Origin: Pyrinomonadaceae bacterium | GTDB taxonomy: Bacteria; Acidobacteriota; Blastocatellia; Pyrinomonadales; Pyrinomonadaceae | DNA length: 58,361 bases | Assembly: GCA_035601635.1 (NCBI GenBank) | Contig: DATNNY010000654.1 | Coordinates: 1-58,361 of the forward strand | Direction of reading: 5' to 3' | In this document: piece by piece, positions 46,601 through 53,814 of the stretch | Layout of the letters: every line of letters starts with the position of its first letter | Numbering within the stretch: position 1 is the first letter of the stretch | Made by a program: the position numbers and the translations under genes | The notes under the pieces: generated by a model | The model's input: only the letters and a program-made list of their open reading frames with translations | Told to the model about the DNA's origin: nothing | The model's database searches: none

Positions 46601-46849
46601 GCAGCTCGTAGTCTCACTGTTGTCGCGGCAGATCAATTGACCGCGCGACAGTTGGAAAAGACGCGGCGACGCCTCAGAAAACAGCAGAGCCAGTGGCTCT
46701 ACTTCGATCGTAATCTACGTGTCTACGAAGAATCGAAGACGTTCGTGTTGAAGCCTATGCAACGGTTCCATTGGACTGAAAGCCAAGCGATGTTAGATGC
46801 TCAAGAAATCATTGCAGGAACCCTACAACTCGGAGACCAAATCCAGTGA
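43628..46849 (+). CDS. large N6-adenine DNA methyltransferase (Eco57I/type IIG-like architecture)
   Basis: AAYYTPIPVVNFML, the SAM motif VFDPACGSGAFLV and the catalytic IVGNPPW. About 300 aa at the N-terminus and about 550 aa at the C-terminus are unknown. ATG at 43634 is a likely start. Confidence 0.8.
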   Translation: MTMDLTTFFGRLGYLESPHFLRRGSAELRAAPDFGHIFRKATAKPCHLEGVYTLRRTPQSKTEPLVPVVYVCTAESEQAAAKIHELVWNQDIVPFLLVHSPRGVSLYSGFKCQPLKNGLERGVLKPLMQFNEVSELAESFHADAIDSGKLWRDWGRHVTPETRINWKLLGNLLKLDRWLRDNGGLEKDVSHALIGKYVYLHYLRDRDILSDARLAEWQLDESAIFGGTATRAGLQAVTERLDEWLNGSVFPLKLRGRGAPDDELISRVAATFHGDEIVGERDWQLHLDFRVYDFSYIPIETLSVIYEQFLHMPEEDGGATKGEEAAAYYTPIPVVNFMLSEMEERLPLQRGMKVFDPACGSGAFLVQSYRRLIEREFPVTKQRPTPHELRALLEDHIFGIDNDPDACQVTELSLILTLLDYVHPPDLLPTSPGKPNSDFKLPALVGTNIFQTNFFKLSNAARQNLAEIKFHWIVGNPPWKDLNPAKLIKQDEPAWEWMRDKENVKQRPCGDNELAQAFAWRSSEFLFDAGATALLLPAMTLFEDPSRKFRKRFFKAQRVTAVANFSNLAEVLFASGRSTVKRPRIPAASFFFCNRDQVEVDPDDCIRVFSPMVANQEPTRPSVQGERVPTWSLVISANEIRDVSVGEVARGDALPWKLAMWGSASDIKLLTRTASRMTSIGELEAEGAIVVAEGPPLVSSHVKSGKNRTKYVPEVVGQPLLTMNAAARLRYLFDFPNNAFLENKKYYGHLRRGIRGLAICNAPHVVVSAARTFAIFSDKYFIVPTRQIGIISTTGDDAFLKALSLYLSSDFAFYHQFLTSPQFGVKRDVATLNALRRIPVPIANRSREYLEPWLQLHNRLVKTTPVDVRDTRIEQRGEGQKQLQFGIPDRDNLVPLLNELNNLVYDTLGFDDHDRALVHDLVRVRLHLIDGNIGRPAIRPPKQAEMKTYARRLKADLDAFVGDELDKRHQVGIVYDNESGMIQIDLIADKMAARSLTVVAADQLTARQLEKTRRRLRKQQSQWLYFDRNLRVYEESKTFVLKPMQRFHWTESQAMLDAQEIIAGTLQLGDQIQ

Positions 46850-47508
46850 TAAATGCATCGCGTCCTCGGCCCGGCGGCTTTTCAAGCAATTCTGTTTACC
46901 TACGAAGGGTGTTTGTTCGACGGGTCCATCAACTGGTGCTACTCGGCTATGACCGATTGACACCTTCTGCTTACGAAAAAGCGGAAGAGCCTTCGATCTC
47001 AGGCGATTTGGTTGAAGCAATTGACCATGTTTTGAGCGAGCGCGACGAACCATGGATGTCTATGTTCAGCGTACACGACGATCCCCCTATCAACGACGGT
47101 CGACGAAAAGGAAAACGCCGAAAACGCGTTGACCTGCGGATTGATTCGGGAGCGCTTCGCCCTCGTGCCCGTTTCCGATTTGAAAGTAAGCGGCTCGGTA
47201 GACGCCACACGGTAAAAATTTACCTTGGGACTGATGGTCTCGGATGTTTTCTGCGCGGTGATTACGCGCGAGAAGAGGACCAAGCCGGTATGCTCGGCTA
47301 CGTACAGCGTGGCAACCTAGGAGATTGGGGTAAGAAGATCGCGCAAGAATTCGCCAAGGCTCCGGCTCTTTATGCGGTGGACTCAGAAGCTCCGTTCTCC
47401 GTCGAATCAACACGTTCAACTGTCTCGCAGGCGTATCATTCGCGACACAATCGCAGCGCCGTGGGTCGACCAATTCTCATTGACCACATCTTGCTAATAT
47501 TCTACTGA
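46846..47508 (+). CDS. putative PD-(D/E)xK nuclease-fold protein
   Basis: It overlaps the methyltransferase stop. RVDLRID...FRFESKRL fits a D...E-x-K pattern. The motif-level call is weak. Confidence 0.45.
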   Translation: MINASRPRPGGFSSNSVYLRRVFVRRVHQLVLLGYDRLTPSAYEKAEEPSISGDLVEAIDHVLSERDEPWMSMFSVHDDPPINDGRRKGKRRKRVDLRIDSGALRPRARFRFESKRLGRRHTVKIYLGTDGLGCFLRGDYAREEDQAGMLGYVQRGNLGDWGKKIAQEFAKAPALYAVDSEAPFSVESTRSTVSQAYHSRHNRSAVGRPILIDHILLIFY

Positions 47509-47569
47509 GACTATGTGCGAGGCAGAGTACGGCAGGCGATAAGATCTAAAGCCACTCAGTTAATACCAC

Positions 47570-48481
47570 ATGTTTCAGGACTTCCAACCACCTTTCTATT
47601 GGCAACAGTTTGAAGATCTTACCGAGGCTGTTTTCCCGTATTTATATGGGGGAGCTCTCGCGCAAAAAATTGGTCGGGCTGGTCAAGCCCAACACGGGGT
47701 TGATGTGTACGGGCAATGGCTACCCAGTAAAAGCCGCATCGGAATTCAGTGTAAACGAATGGATGAGCTGGACGAGCAGAATCAACCGCGTCCCGGAGGA
47801 GCCGTTACAAAGAGATTACTTTACGATGAATACGAACAAGCTTTGAAGTTTAGACCTAAGTTGGATGAATGGATTCTCGCAACTACGGCGAAGCGAGATG
47901 AGAAAGCTCAACGTTTAGCTCGGCTGCTCGACAAAGAGTCTCAAGATCGTGGCGACTTTGCCGTTCGAATCTGGTTTTGGGATGACTATCGTTCCTACCT
48001 TAATAATTTTGGCGAGTTACAGCGACGGTACTATCGTCACGTCTTAAATGTGAGATCGTCTAAGGATATTGACAAACTGACACTCGAAGTCTACGCGCAC
48101 GCATTCTCTCGGCCCGCCTTCCAGGATCCCATCTACTCTGAAAATGCGGATGATTTTCTTCAAGCCATCCAGGACACGATGCGCGCGCTGAATACCGGTG
48201 AATTGGTGGACCGCGAAACAAGGAACATAATTAGAAGAGCGATTGGCGGCCGTCGCTCCATACAGGAAGATGTTTGGCGGCTCGCTTGTGACAAAGTCTA
48301 CCGTCGACTGTTGGAACTAAAAACGACATTCCAAAGCGGTCTCAAAGATGGGATGATAGTGATTAAACCTTATGACCTTCAAATTGAACGTGGCCTTAAA
48401 ATGCAACTCGAATATCTGAGGGAATCCGCCGTTGCAGAACTCAATTCCGTCCTTAAGATGGCAAGTCTTCGACCCATCTAG
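47570..48481 (+). CDS. Mrr-like restriction-endonuclease-domain protein with an unknown C-terminal module
   Basis: FEDLTEAVF...GRAGQAQHGVDVYG...IGIQCKR...WILATTAKRD fits the Mrr_cat-like pattern. Confidence 0.55.
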   Translation: MFQDFQPPFYWQQFEDLTEAVFPYLYGGALAQKIGRAGQAQHGVDVYGQWLPSKSRIGIQCKRMDELDEQNQPRPGGAVTKRLLYDEYEQALKFRPKLDEWILATTAKRDEKAQRLARLLDKESQDRGDFAVRIWFWDDYRSYLNNFGELQRRYYRHVLNVRSSKDIDKLTLEVYAHAFSRPAFQDPIYSENADDFLQAIQDTMRALNTGELVDRETRNIIRRAIGGRRSIQEDVWRLACDKVYRRLLELKTTFQSGLKDGMIVIKPYDLQIERGLKMQLEYLRESAVAELNSVLKMASLRPI

Positions 48482-48525
48482 AGGAAGATGCATTTACATT
48501 AGCCGCATATACCCCTTCGCCAGAC

Positions 48526-49338
48526 TCAGTCAAATAAGACTTCTTTTTGAATCTGAGAATACCCCACCTCTCCGGAGAAAATGGGGTTAAGTACGTCTGG
48601 ATACTTTCCGTGATAAACAAAATAAAGATATCGAATGGCCGCGCACAAGTGTTCCAATTTTGATTTATGATCTTCGAACTTAATAATTCGCGCTACAGTG
48701 CATTCTTGGAAGGCAGCCAGTAAATCAAAATTAAAATCTTCGCGGAAGTGCCCGCAGATATCTTCAATAATCTCAGGTGATGTCAGATAATGGGAGAACG
48801 TCTGAGAGCTAGTGTAATCGGCCATTGCCAGTGGCAGGATCAAGAATCCGTATGGTCCCCAATGGATGGCATCCTCGAGTTTTGAATTGTATTCATAGAT
48901 CCCGCTCAAACTTAGCCGAAATTGATCCCAATCTTCTCTTGAGACAATATGCTGGGCTAATTCAAATAGCGCTTCCCATAGCGAATCAAGCACTTTGGGA
49001 AGTGGCAGAATACCTTCAGTAAAGGTCGTGGATCTCAGAGTACGGGTAAGATGAAACCAAAACGTCGTGTCGAAGGGTTTGTCGGGGACTACGAGATTCT
49101 TAATCGGTCGTAGAAGAAACTCATCAGACGCTTCGTCGAGATGAGCCAACTCCGCACCCAATTCGTCAAACCATTCGTTTAGCGAACCCTCGTCGATTCC
49201 GAATGATTTATGAAGCGACTCATATATGGACGGCACACTCTCACAATCTAGAATTCTCTTGGATGCCGTTAACATCTCTTGTTGGTTCCTTAAGGGTTGT
49301 GTCAGGTGATTGTACAGTCTGCAAGCGAGAACCGACAC
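48526..49338 (-). CDS. hypothetical protein
   Basis: 270-aa ORF. It is the last gene before the right transposon end. No motif recognised. Confidence 0.5.
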   Translation of the reverse strand: MSVLACRLYNHLTQPLRNQQEMLTASKRILDCESVPSIYESLHKSFGIDEGSLNEWFDELGAELAHLDEASDEFLLRPIKNLVVPDKPFDTTFWFHLTRTLRSTTFTEGILPLPKVLDSLWEALFELAQHIVSREDWDQFRLSLSGIYEYNSKLEDAIHWGPYGFLILPLAMADYTSSQTFSHYLTSPEIIEDICGHFREDFNFDLLAAFQECTVARIIKFEDHKSKLEHLCAAIRYLYFVYHGKYPDVLNPIFSGEVGYSQIQKEVLFD

Positions 49339-49386
49339 GTGTCCCTTGTGACGTCGAGATCATTGAGACCAACTAATATCATTGGA

Positions 49387-49452
49387 ACCACTAACTATGA
49401 GAAAAGATATCACTAACTATGGTGCGGATTTCATTAACTATGAGAACCGACA
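49387..49452. repeat. Tn7-like right-end block, copy C (three contiguous putative TnsB sites)
   Basis: ACCACTAACTATGAGAAAAG / TATCACTAACTATGGTGCGG / ATTTCATTAACTATGAGAACCGACA. The spacing is about 21 bp. The terminal ...ACA is followed by TCGTC, which overlaps the dcd stop codon. Confidence 0.65.
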
Positions 49453-49455
49453 TCG

Positions 49456-50022
49456 TCAGAGGCGGGGCAGCGTCACCCCCCGCTGACCTTGGTACTTACC
49501 TCCTCTATCTTTATAAGAGGTTTCACAAATCTCGTCAGATTCGAAGAAGACCACTTGGGCGACTCCTTCATTCGCATATATCTTAGCCGGCAACGGTGTG
49601 GTGTTTGAAAACTCGAGAGTCACGAAGCCCTCCCATTCCGGTTCAAATGGTGTTACATTGACCAAAATTCCGCATCTCGCATACGTGCTCTTCCCGAGGC
49701 AGATTGTTAGCACATTTCTAGGAATTCGAAAGTATTCAACTGTGCGCGCGAGCGCGAAACTGTTTGGGGGAATGATTACGGAGTCGCCTCTCACCTCAAT
49801 AAAGTTCTTTTCATCGAAGTTTTTTGGATCGACGATGGTGCTGTTGATGTTTGTGAACAGCTTGAACTCATCTGAGCAGCGGATGTCATAGCCGTAGCTG
49901 GATGTTCCATACGAGACGATCGGTTTTCCATCTACTGCCTTCACCTGGCCCGGTTCGAACGGCTCAATCATGGCAAACTCCAGAGCCATGCGGCGGATCC
50001 ACTTGTCGGATTTTATGCTCAT
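49456..50022 (-). CDS. dcd: dCTP deaminase
   Basis: 188 aa. [28 protein letters not shown]...[23 protein letters not shown] is typical of the short Dcd family. Confidence 0.9.
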   Translation of the reverse strand: MSIKSDKWIRRMALEFAMIEPFEPGQVKAVDGKPIVSYGTSSYGYDIRCSDEFKLFTNINSTIVDPKNFDEKNFIEVRGDSVIIPPNSFALARTVEYFRIPRNVLTICLGKSTYARCGILVNVTPFEPEWEGFVTLEFSNTTPLPAKIYANEGVAQVVFFESDEICETSYKDRGGKYQGQRGVTLPRL

Positions 50023-50169
50023 GCTCAGTGCTCTTTCGGGTCGACGCTGCGGTGAAATCTAATTTTTTCGGTCGCTCTAATGAATGCGCAAATTATTGCA
50101 TATTCTTAAGTCGTTGGTACTAGAGTCAAAGTCCGTCTAAATCCTCTCTTTTTCCGTGCACTCGGTTAA

Positions 50170-50524
50170 GAGAATCTCGCATAGGTGCTCTTTCCGAGAC
50201 AGATTGTCATGACGTTCCGAGGAATGCGAAAGTATTCCACCCTGCGCGCGAGCGCAAAACTATTCGGTGGAATGATGACGTGATCGGCCTGGATGTCGAC
50301 AAAACTCTCTTGGCATCGAACTTCTTTGGATCGACGATGGCGCTATACACGTTGGTGAATAACTTGAATTCATCTGCACAGCGCACGTCATAGCCGTAGC
50401 TGGAGGTGCCATATGAAACGACCCGCCGCCCATCTACCTCTTTTACCTGATGCGGCTCGAAAGGCTCAATCATGGCGCATTCCTGCACCATGCGCCGGAT
50501 CCACTTGTCGGATTTTATGCTCAT
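50170..50524 (-). pseudogene. dcd: second dcd copy, 3'-truncated and frameshifted
   Basis: The first roughly 70 codons parallel the intact copy ([28 protein letters not shown]...[22 protein letters not shown]). The frame is then lost. Nucleotide homology stops near 50174, corresponding to about 49674 in the intact copy, so about 215 nt of the 3' end are missing. Confidence 0.8.
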
Positions 50525-50584
50525 GTTCAGCGCTGATTTATTGAGTGCATCCAGGGTTTAAGATCGAAGCGCGTCAGAATACGC

Positions 50585-50761
50585 GATATGGAGTGCGGCG
50601 GCAAGCGAAGGTACAGAACCGCTTGCGGTCGCAAGCGGGTTAATAACTCAATCTTCGCAGGACGGTGAATTTCTTTTTGTGCGGGAGTCGTAGGTGGAAC
50701 TCGTGAACCGCTTGCTACTGCAAGCGGTTCTGTACCTTCGCTTGCCGGCGCGCTCCATATC
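50585..50761. repeat. imperfect palindrome (about 42-bp arms, about 93-bp spacer), REP/MITE-like
   Basis: GATATGGAGTGCGGCGGCAAGCGAAGGTACAGAACCGCTTGC (50585-50626) pairs with 50720-50761 with 2-3 mismatches. Inner hairpins are CCGCTTGC-GGTC-GCAAGCGG and GAACCGCTTGC-TACT-GCAAGCGGTTC. Confidence 0.8.
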
Positions 50762-50806
50762 CAACGCGTTGACCATCGACGATGCTCATTGTTAGCCTTG
50801 CCGATC

Positions 50807-51598
50807 ATGAAACTCATCGTTCTTGGATCCGGGACTTCGGTTCCGCATCCGCAAAGGGCCGCTGCTGCTTTCTGGTTGGAAACGCCGGCGGGTAGTGCCT
50901 TACTCGATTGCGGCGCAGACTCAGCTCACCGCATGGCTCAGGAAGATGTCGACTGGCCCAACCTCGATGTGATCTGGATTAGCCACCTGCATCTGGATCA
51001 CTGCGGCGGGCTGGCGTCGCTGCTGTTTGGATTGAAGTGGGCCCCGCAGACGCAGGCCCGTCAAAAGCCGCTGCGGATTTTCGGATGTGTGGGAATCGGA
51101 AAGCTCTTAAGAGCAATCGACGAATCGAACAACTACGCGTTGTTCGCCCAACCCTTTCCCATCGAGCTCCATGAAGCCTCAGCCGACAACGCCGGCTTTG
51201 AATTAATGCCGGGACTTGCCGCGCAAACTTTTTCGACCCCACACACTCGTGAAAGCCTGGCGATTCGGCTGACTGACAGTGACGAAACATCACTCGTCTA
51301 TACATCGGACACCGGATATTCTGAAGAGCTGGCAACATTCGCACGCGGCGCTGACCTGCTGCTGCTGGAATGCTCGTTCTGGCGTAACAAGCCGACGCCA
51401 AAACATCTCGAGCTTGACGAAGCTATGCGTCTCGCGCAACTGACACAGCCACGTAGACTAATCCTTACGCATCTTTACCCCGAATGGGACGGCGTTGATC
51501 TTGAAAGCAAAGCTGGAGAGCTGTGGCCGGGTAAGACGATCGCTGCCTACGACGGGCTATGCGTCGAAATCCAGCGCAAGTCAGTACCACCTGCGTAA
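50807..51598 (+). CDS. MBL-fold metallo-hydrolase (RNase Z/BN-like)
   Basis: MKLIVLGSGTSVP and ISHLHLDHCGG (the HxHxDH motif). The start is likely at 50807 rather than 50789. Confidence 0.8.
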   Translation: MKLIVLGSGTSVPHPQRAAAAFWLETPAGSALLDCGADSAHRMAQEDVDWPNLDVIWISHLHLDHCGGLASLLFGLKWAPQTQARQKPLRIFGCVGIGKLLRAIDESNNYALFAQPFPIELHEASADNAGFELMPGLAAQTFSTPHTRESLAIRLTDSDETSLVYTSDTGYSEELATFARGADLLLLECSFWRNKPTPKHLELDEAMRLAQLTQPRRLILTHLYPEWDGVDLESKAGELWPGKTIAAYDGLCVEIQRKSVPPA

Positions 51599-51671
51599 GC
51601 GGGCGGGTCAATCATTCAGGTTGGGCATTAAGTTGAGCTATGGATCCACCTGCTGACGCAGGTGGTACTGA
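51581..51671. repeat. inverted repeat plus hairpin between convergent genes (possible bidirectional terminator)
   Basis: TCAGTACCACCTGCGT (51581-51596) pairs with ACGCAGGTGGTACTGA (51656-51671). A local hairpin CCACCTGC-TGAC-GCAGGTGG lies at 51646-51665. There is no clear U-tract. Confidence 0.4.
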
Positions 51672-51681
51672 CCTCATCATC

Positions 51682-53628
51682 TCAGCGAACGCTCACGGTA
51701 ACATTATTGGCTCCCAGCGAATTTCCTGTCACGCGCTGTAGCTCAGCAATGGATTTGTTGAGATCAGTCTGCGCGCGCAACTCGTTGCCCCGCGCGGTGG
51801 CCAATGCGGTCTGCCGTTCGAGCACCAGAAAAACTGTTGACTGGCCGACGTCGAGTTTGCGTTTCTCGCTTTCGTATTGTTGCTCGGCGGTCGAGCGGGC
51901 AATCGCCGCCGATCGTAGACGGGCCGACGCGGTAGTCAGCGACTGCAGCGCGTTGCGCACCTCGACCTGAATCAGTTGTTCGAGCTGTTCACGTTGGGTC
52001 GCGATGCGCTTCCCTTCCACGAGCGAATGGCCGAGCTGGCCCGCGGCGGTGCGATTGCGCAGCGGCAAACTGATCGAAACTCCTACCCGAAAATTGTTAA
52101 ATTGATTCGAACCAAGATTGGAAAGGGACTGTGGGTAGCCGCCGAGCAAGTCAGGCGAAATGGTGGTTGCCGCCGGAGCCGGCAGCGCCGGCAAGCCCGA
52201 AAGCAACGACAACTGGTTCACTCGGGCCCGCACTTGATCACTGCTGGCCGAAAGAGGATTACTACCCGTCAAAGTGCCGGCGTTACCCACCATCCCGTAA
52301 CTTCCGACCAGATCGATCTCCGGCTTGGTCTGATCGCGATAGAGTCTCTGATCCAGAAGATTAATTTCGCGCGCCAGATCCGATTGACGTAATTCCTGTC
52401 GATTTTGGATCGCGGAACTCATCGCATCAGGCAGAGAGACCTGCGGCAGAGTCAGATCGGCCTGATCCGTGGGAATGATGGACAGGCCCCATAACTTAGC
52501 CTTCTGATCTTCGGCGATCATGTTTTTCAGACTATTCTCGGCTCGGTTAACGTCTTCGAGGGCGCTGAACTCGGCTTGTTCGAAATTCGCGACTTGCGTT
52601 TCGGCCGCGACTACATCAATGGGCGCGAGCGAACCTTCGGCCACCATGCGGCGGTTGTGCTCGAGTTGGCTGCGCGAGTCGTTGAGCGAATCACGTTGAA
52701 TCTGCAGATTGCGCAGCGCAAAAACCAGGTCCCAATACGATCGCTGCACGCTGGTAATTACTTCGATCGCCCGCTGGCGAAACTGCGCGTCGGTCAATGA
52801 AAGATTCTTTTTGGCCACTTCGATCTGACGCCGTGGCAAGTCAAAGCGCAGCCCGCGAACCAGCGGCTGGATATAGGTGAAAGTCAGCGCGGTTGGATAC
52901 TGCGGATTAAGCGCGGTGAACAAACTGTTACTGGTCGAGCGGACCGATGAAAAGTCCAGCCGATAGTTGCCGCCGTACTTTGGGGTCAAACCTTCCAGAC
53001 GAGTGGTCGCGGTAAAGTCCGTCGCCTCGACGGCGTTGCTGGCCCCGCTGAGAAAACTGGCGGCCGGGGTTTTGATTCTCTCGTAATAGCTCTGCGCGCT
53101 GAGCCTCGGATCATACGCTCCGTGCGTCGATAACAGATCGTATTCGGCGATCTTAACGCTGTCGCGCGCGACTTCGATGTCTTTATTGTTGACGAGCGCC
53201 AAAGCAATCGCTTCGCGCAGGGTCAGTGGTTGCTGATCGTTTGTCTCTACACCGACTCGGCTCAGCGAAGGCAGGGGCCGATTTGCGTCGGCGCGATAAT
53301 CGATCACTACCGAAGGGGCCTTTGGACTCTGCTGCGCCGAAACCATGGGCGAAGCCGTCGGGACTGGCGCGGGTTCCTGGGCAAAGGCGTTCGAATGTGC
53401 AAGCACAAATACCAACCCCATAAGCGAAGCGATCGTTAATATCGTCCGCGCAGCGGAGGGGCGGTAGCCCGACCGTGAGGGAGGGCGTTCACTCGTGAAT
53501 GCGAGAGCCGAAGCCATCTCTGACGGTCGGGCTGCTGCCCAGTCCGCTGACGCACGTCTCACGGATTCAGATTGATTCCGCCCGCTTCGCGGACGCGGTT
53601 GACTGGATGCTCGTTTTACTTCAATCAT
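51682..53628 (-). CDS. TolC-family outer-membrane efflux protein
   Basis: The repeat architecture is typical of OEP/TolC, with coiled segments such as LTLREAIALALVNNKDIEVARDSVKIAEYDL. The likely true start is MASALAF at 53517, giving a signal peptide ending AFAQE. Confidence 0.8.
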   Translation of the reverse strand: MIEVKRASSQPRPRSGRNQSESVRRASADWAAARPSEMASALAFTSERPPSRSGYRPSAARTILTIASLMGLVFVLAHSNAFAQEPAPVPTASPMVSAQQSPKAPSVVIDYRADANRPLPSLSRVGVETNDQQPLTLREAIALALVNNKDIEVARDSVKIAEYDLLSTHGAYDPRLSAQSYYERIKTPAASFLSGASNAVEATDFTATTRLEGLTPKYGGNYRLDFSSVRSTSNSLFTALNPQYPTALTFTYIQPLVRGLRFDLPRRQIEVAKKNLSLTDAQFRQRAIEVITSVQRSYWDLVFALRNLQIQRDSLNDSRSQLEHNRRMVAEGSLAPIDVVAAETQVANFEQAEFSALEDVNRAENSLKNMIAEDQKAKLWGLSIIPTDQADLTLPQVSLPDAMSSAIQNRQELRQSDLAREINLLDQRLYRDQTKPEIDLVGSYGMVGNAGTLTGSNPLSASSDQVRARVNQLSLLSGLPALPAPAATTISPDLLGGYPQSLSNLGSNQFNNFRVGVSISLPLRNRTAAGQLGHSLVEGKRIATQREQLEQLIQVEVRNALQSLTTASARLRSAAIARSTAEQQYESEKRKLDVGQSTVFLVLERQTALATARGNELRAQTDLNKSIAELQRVTGNSLGANNVTVSVR

Positions 53629-53814
53629 GACTTTCTTCCATCATTAGTTGACGATCCTAACAGGTGTTCGCGATCGAGTAACTTGCTTTGGCTTTTCATT
53701 TAGCCCGAACCACGAACGATCCACGAAATCACACCAACAAAACTTTCGCTTCGGATGTTTTCGTGGATCGTCTTATCTGCCAAGCGAAATTTCTCAAGAA
53801 AGGACACCACGCGT

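Larger units (their letters stand above)
11913..49452. mobile_element. Tn7-like transposon (element 2) with tnsA-tnsB-tnsC-tniQ and about 27 kb of cargo; right end abuts the dcd stop codon
   Basis: The left-end block at 11917-12040 has dispersed sites. The right-end block at 49387-49452 has three contiguous sites of about 21 bp ending ...GAGAACCGACA. The tns genes are transcribed away from the right end, as in Tn7. TCGTC is present at both junctions. Confidence 0.6.
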
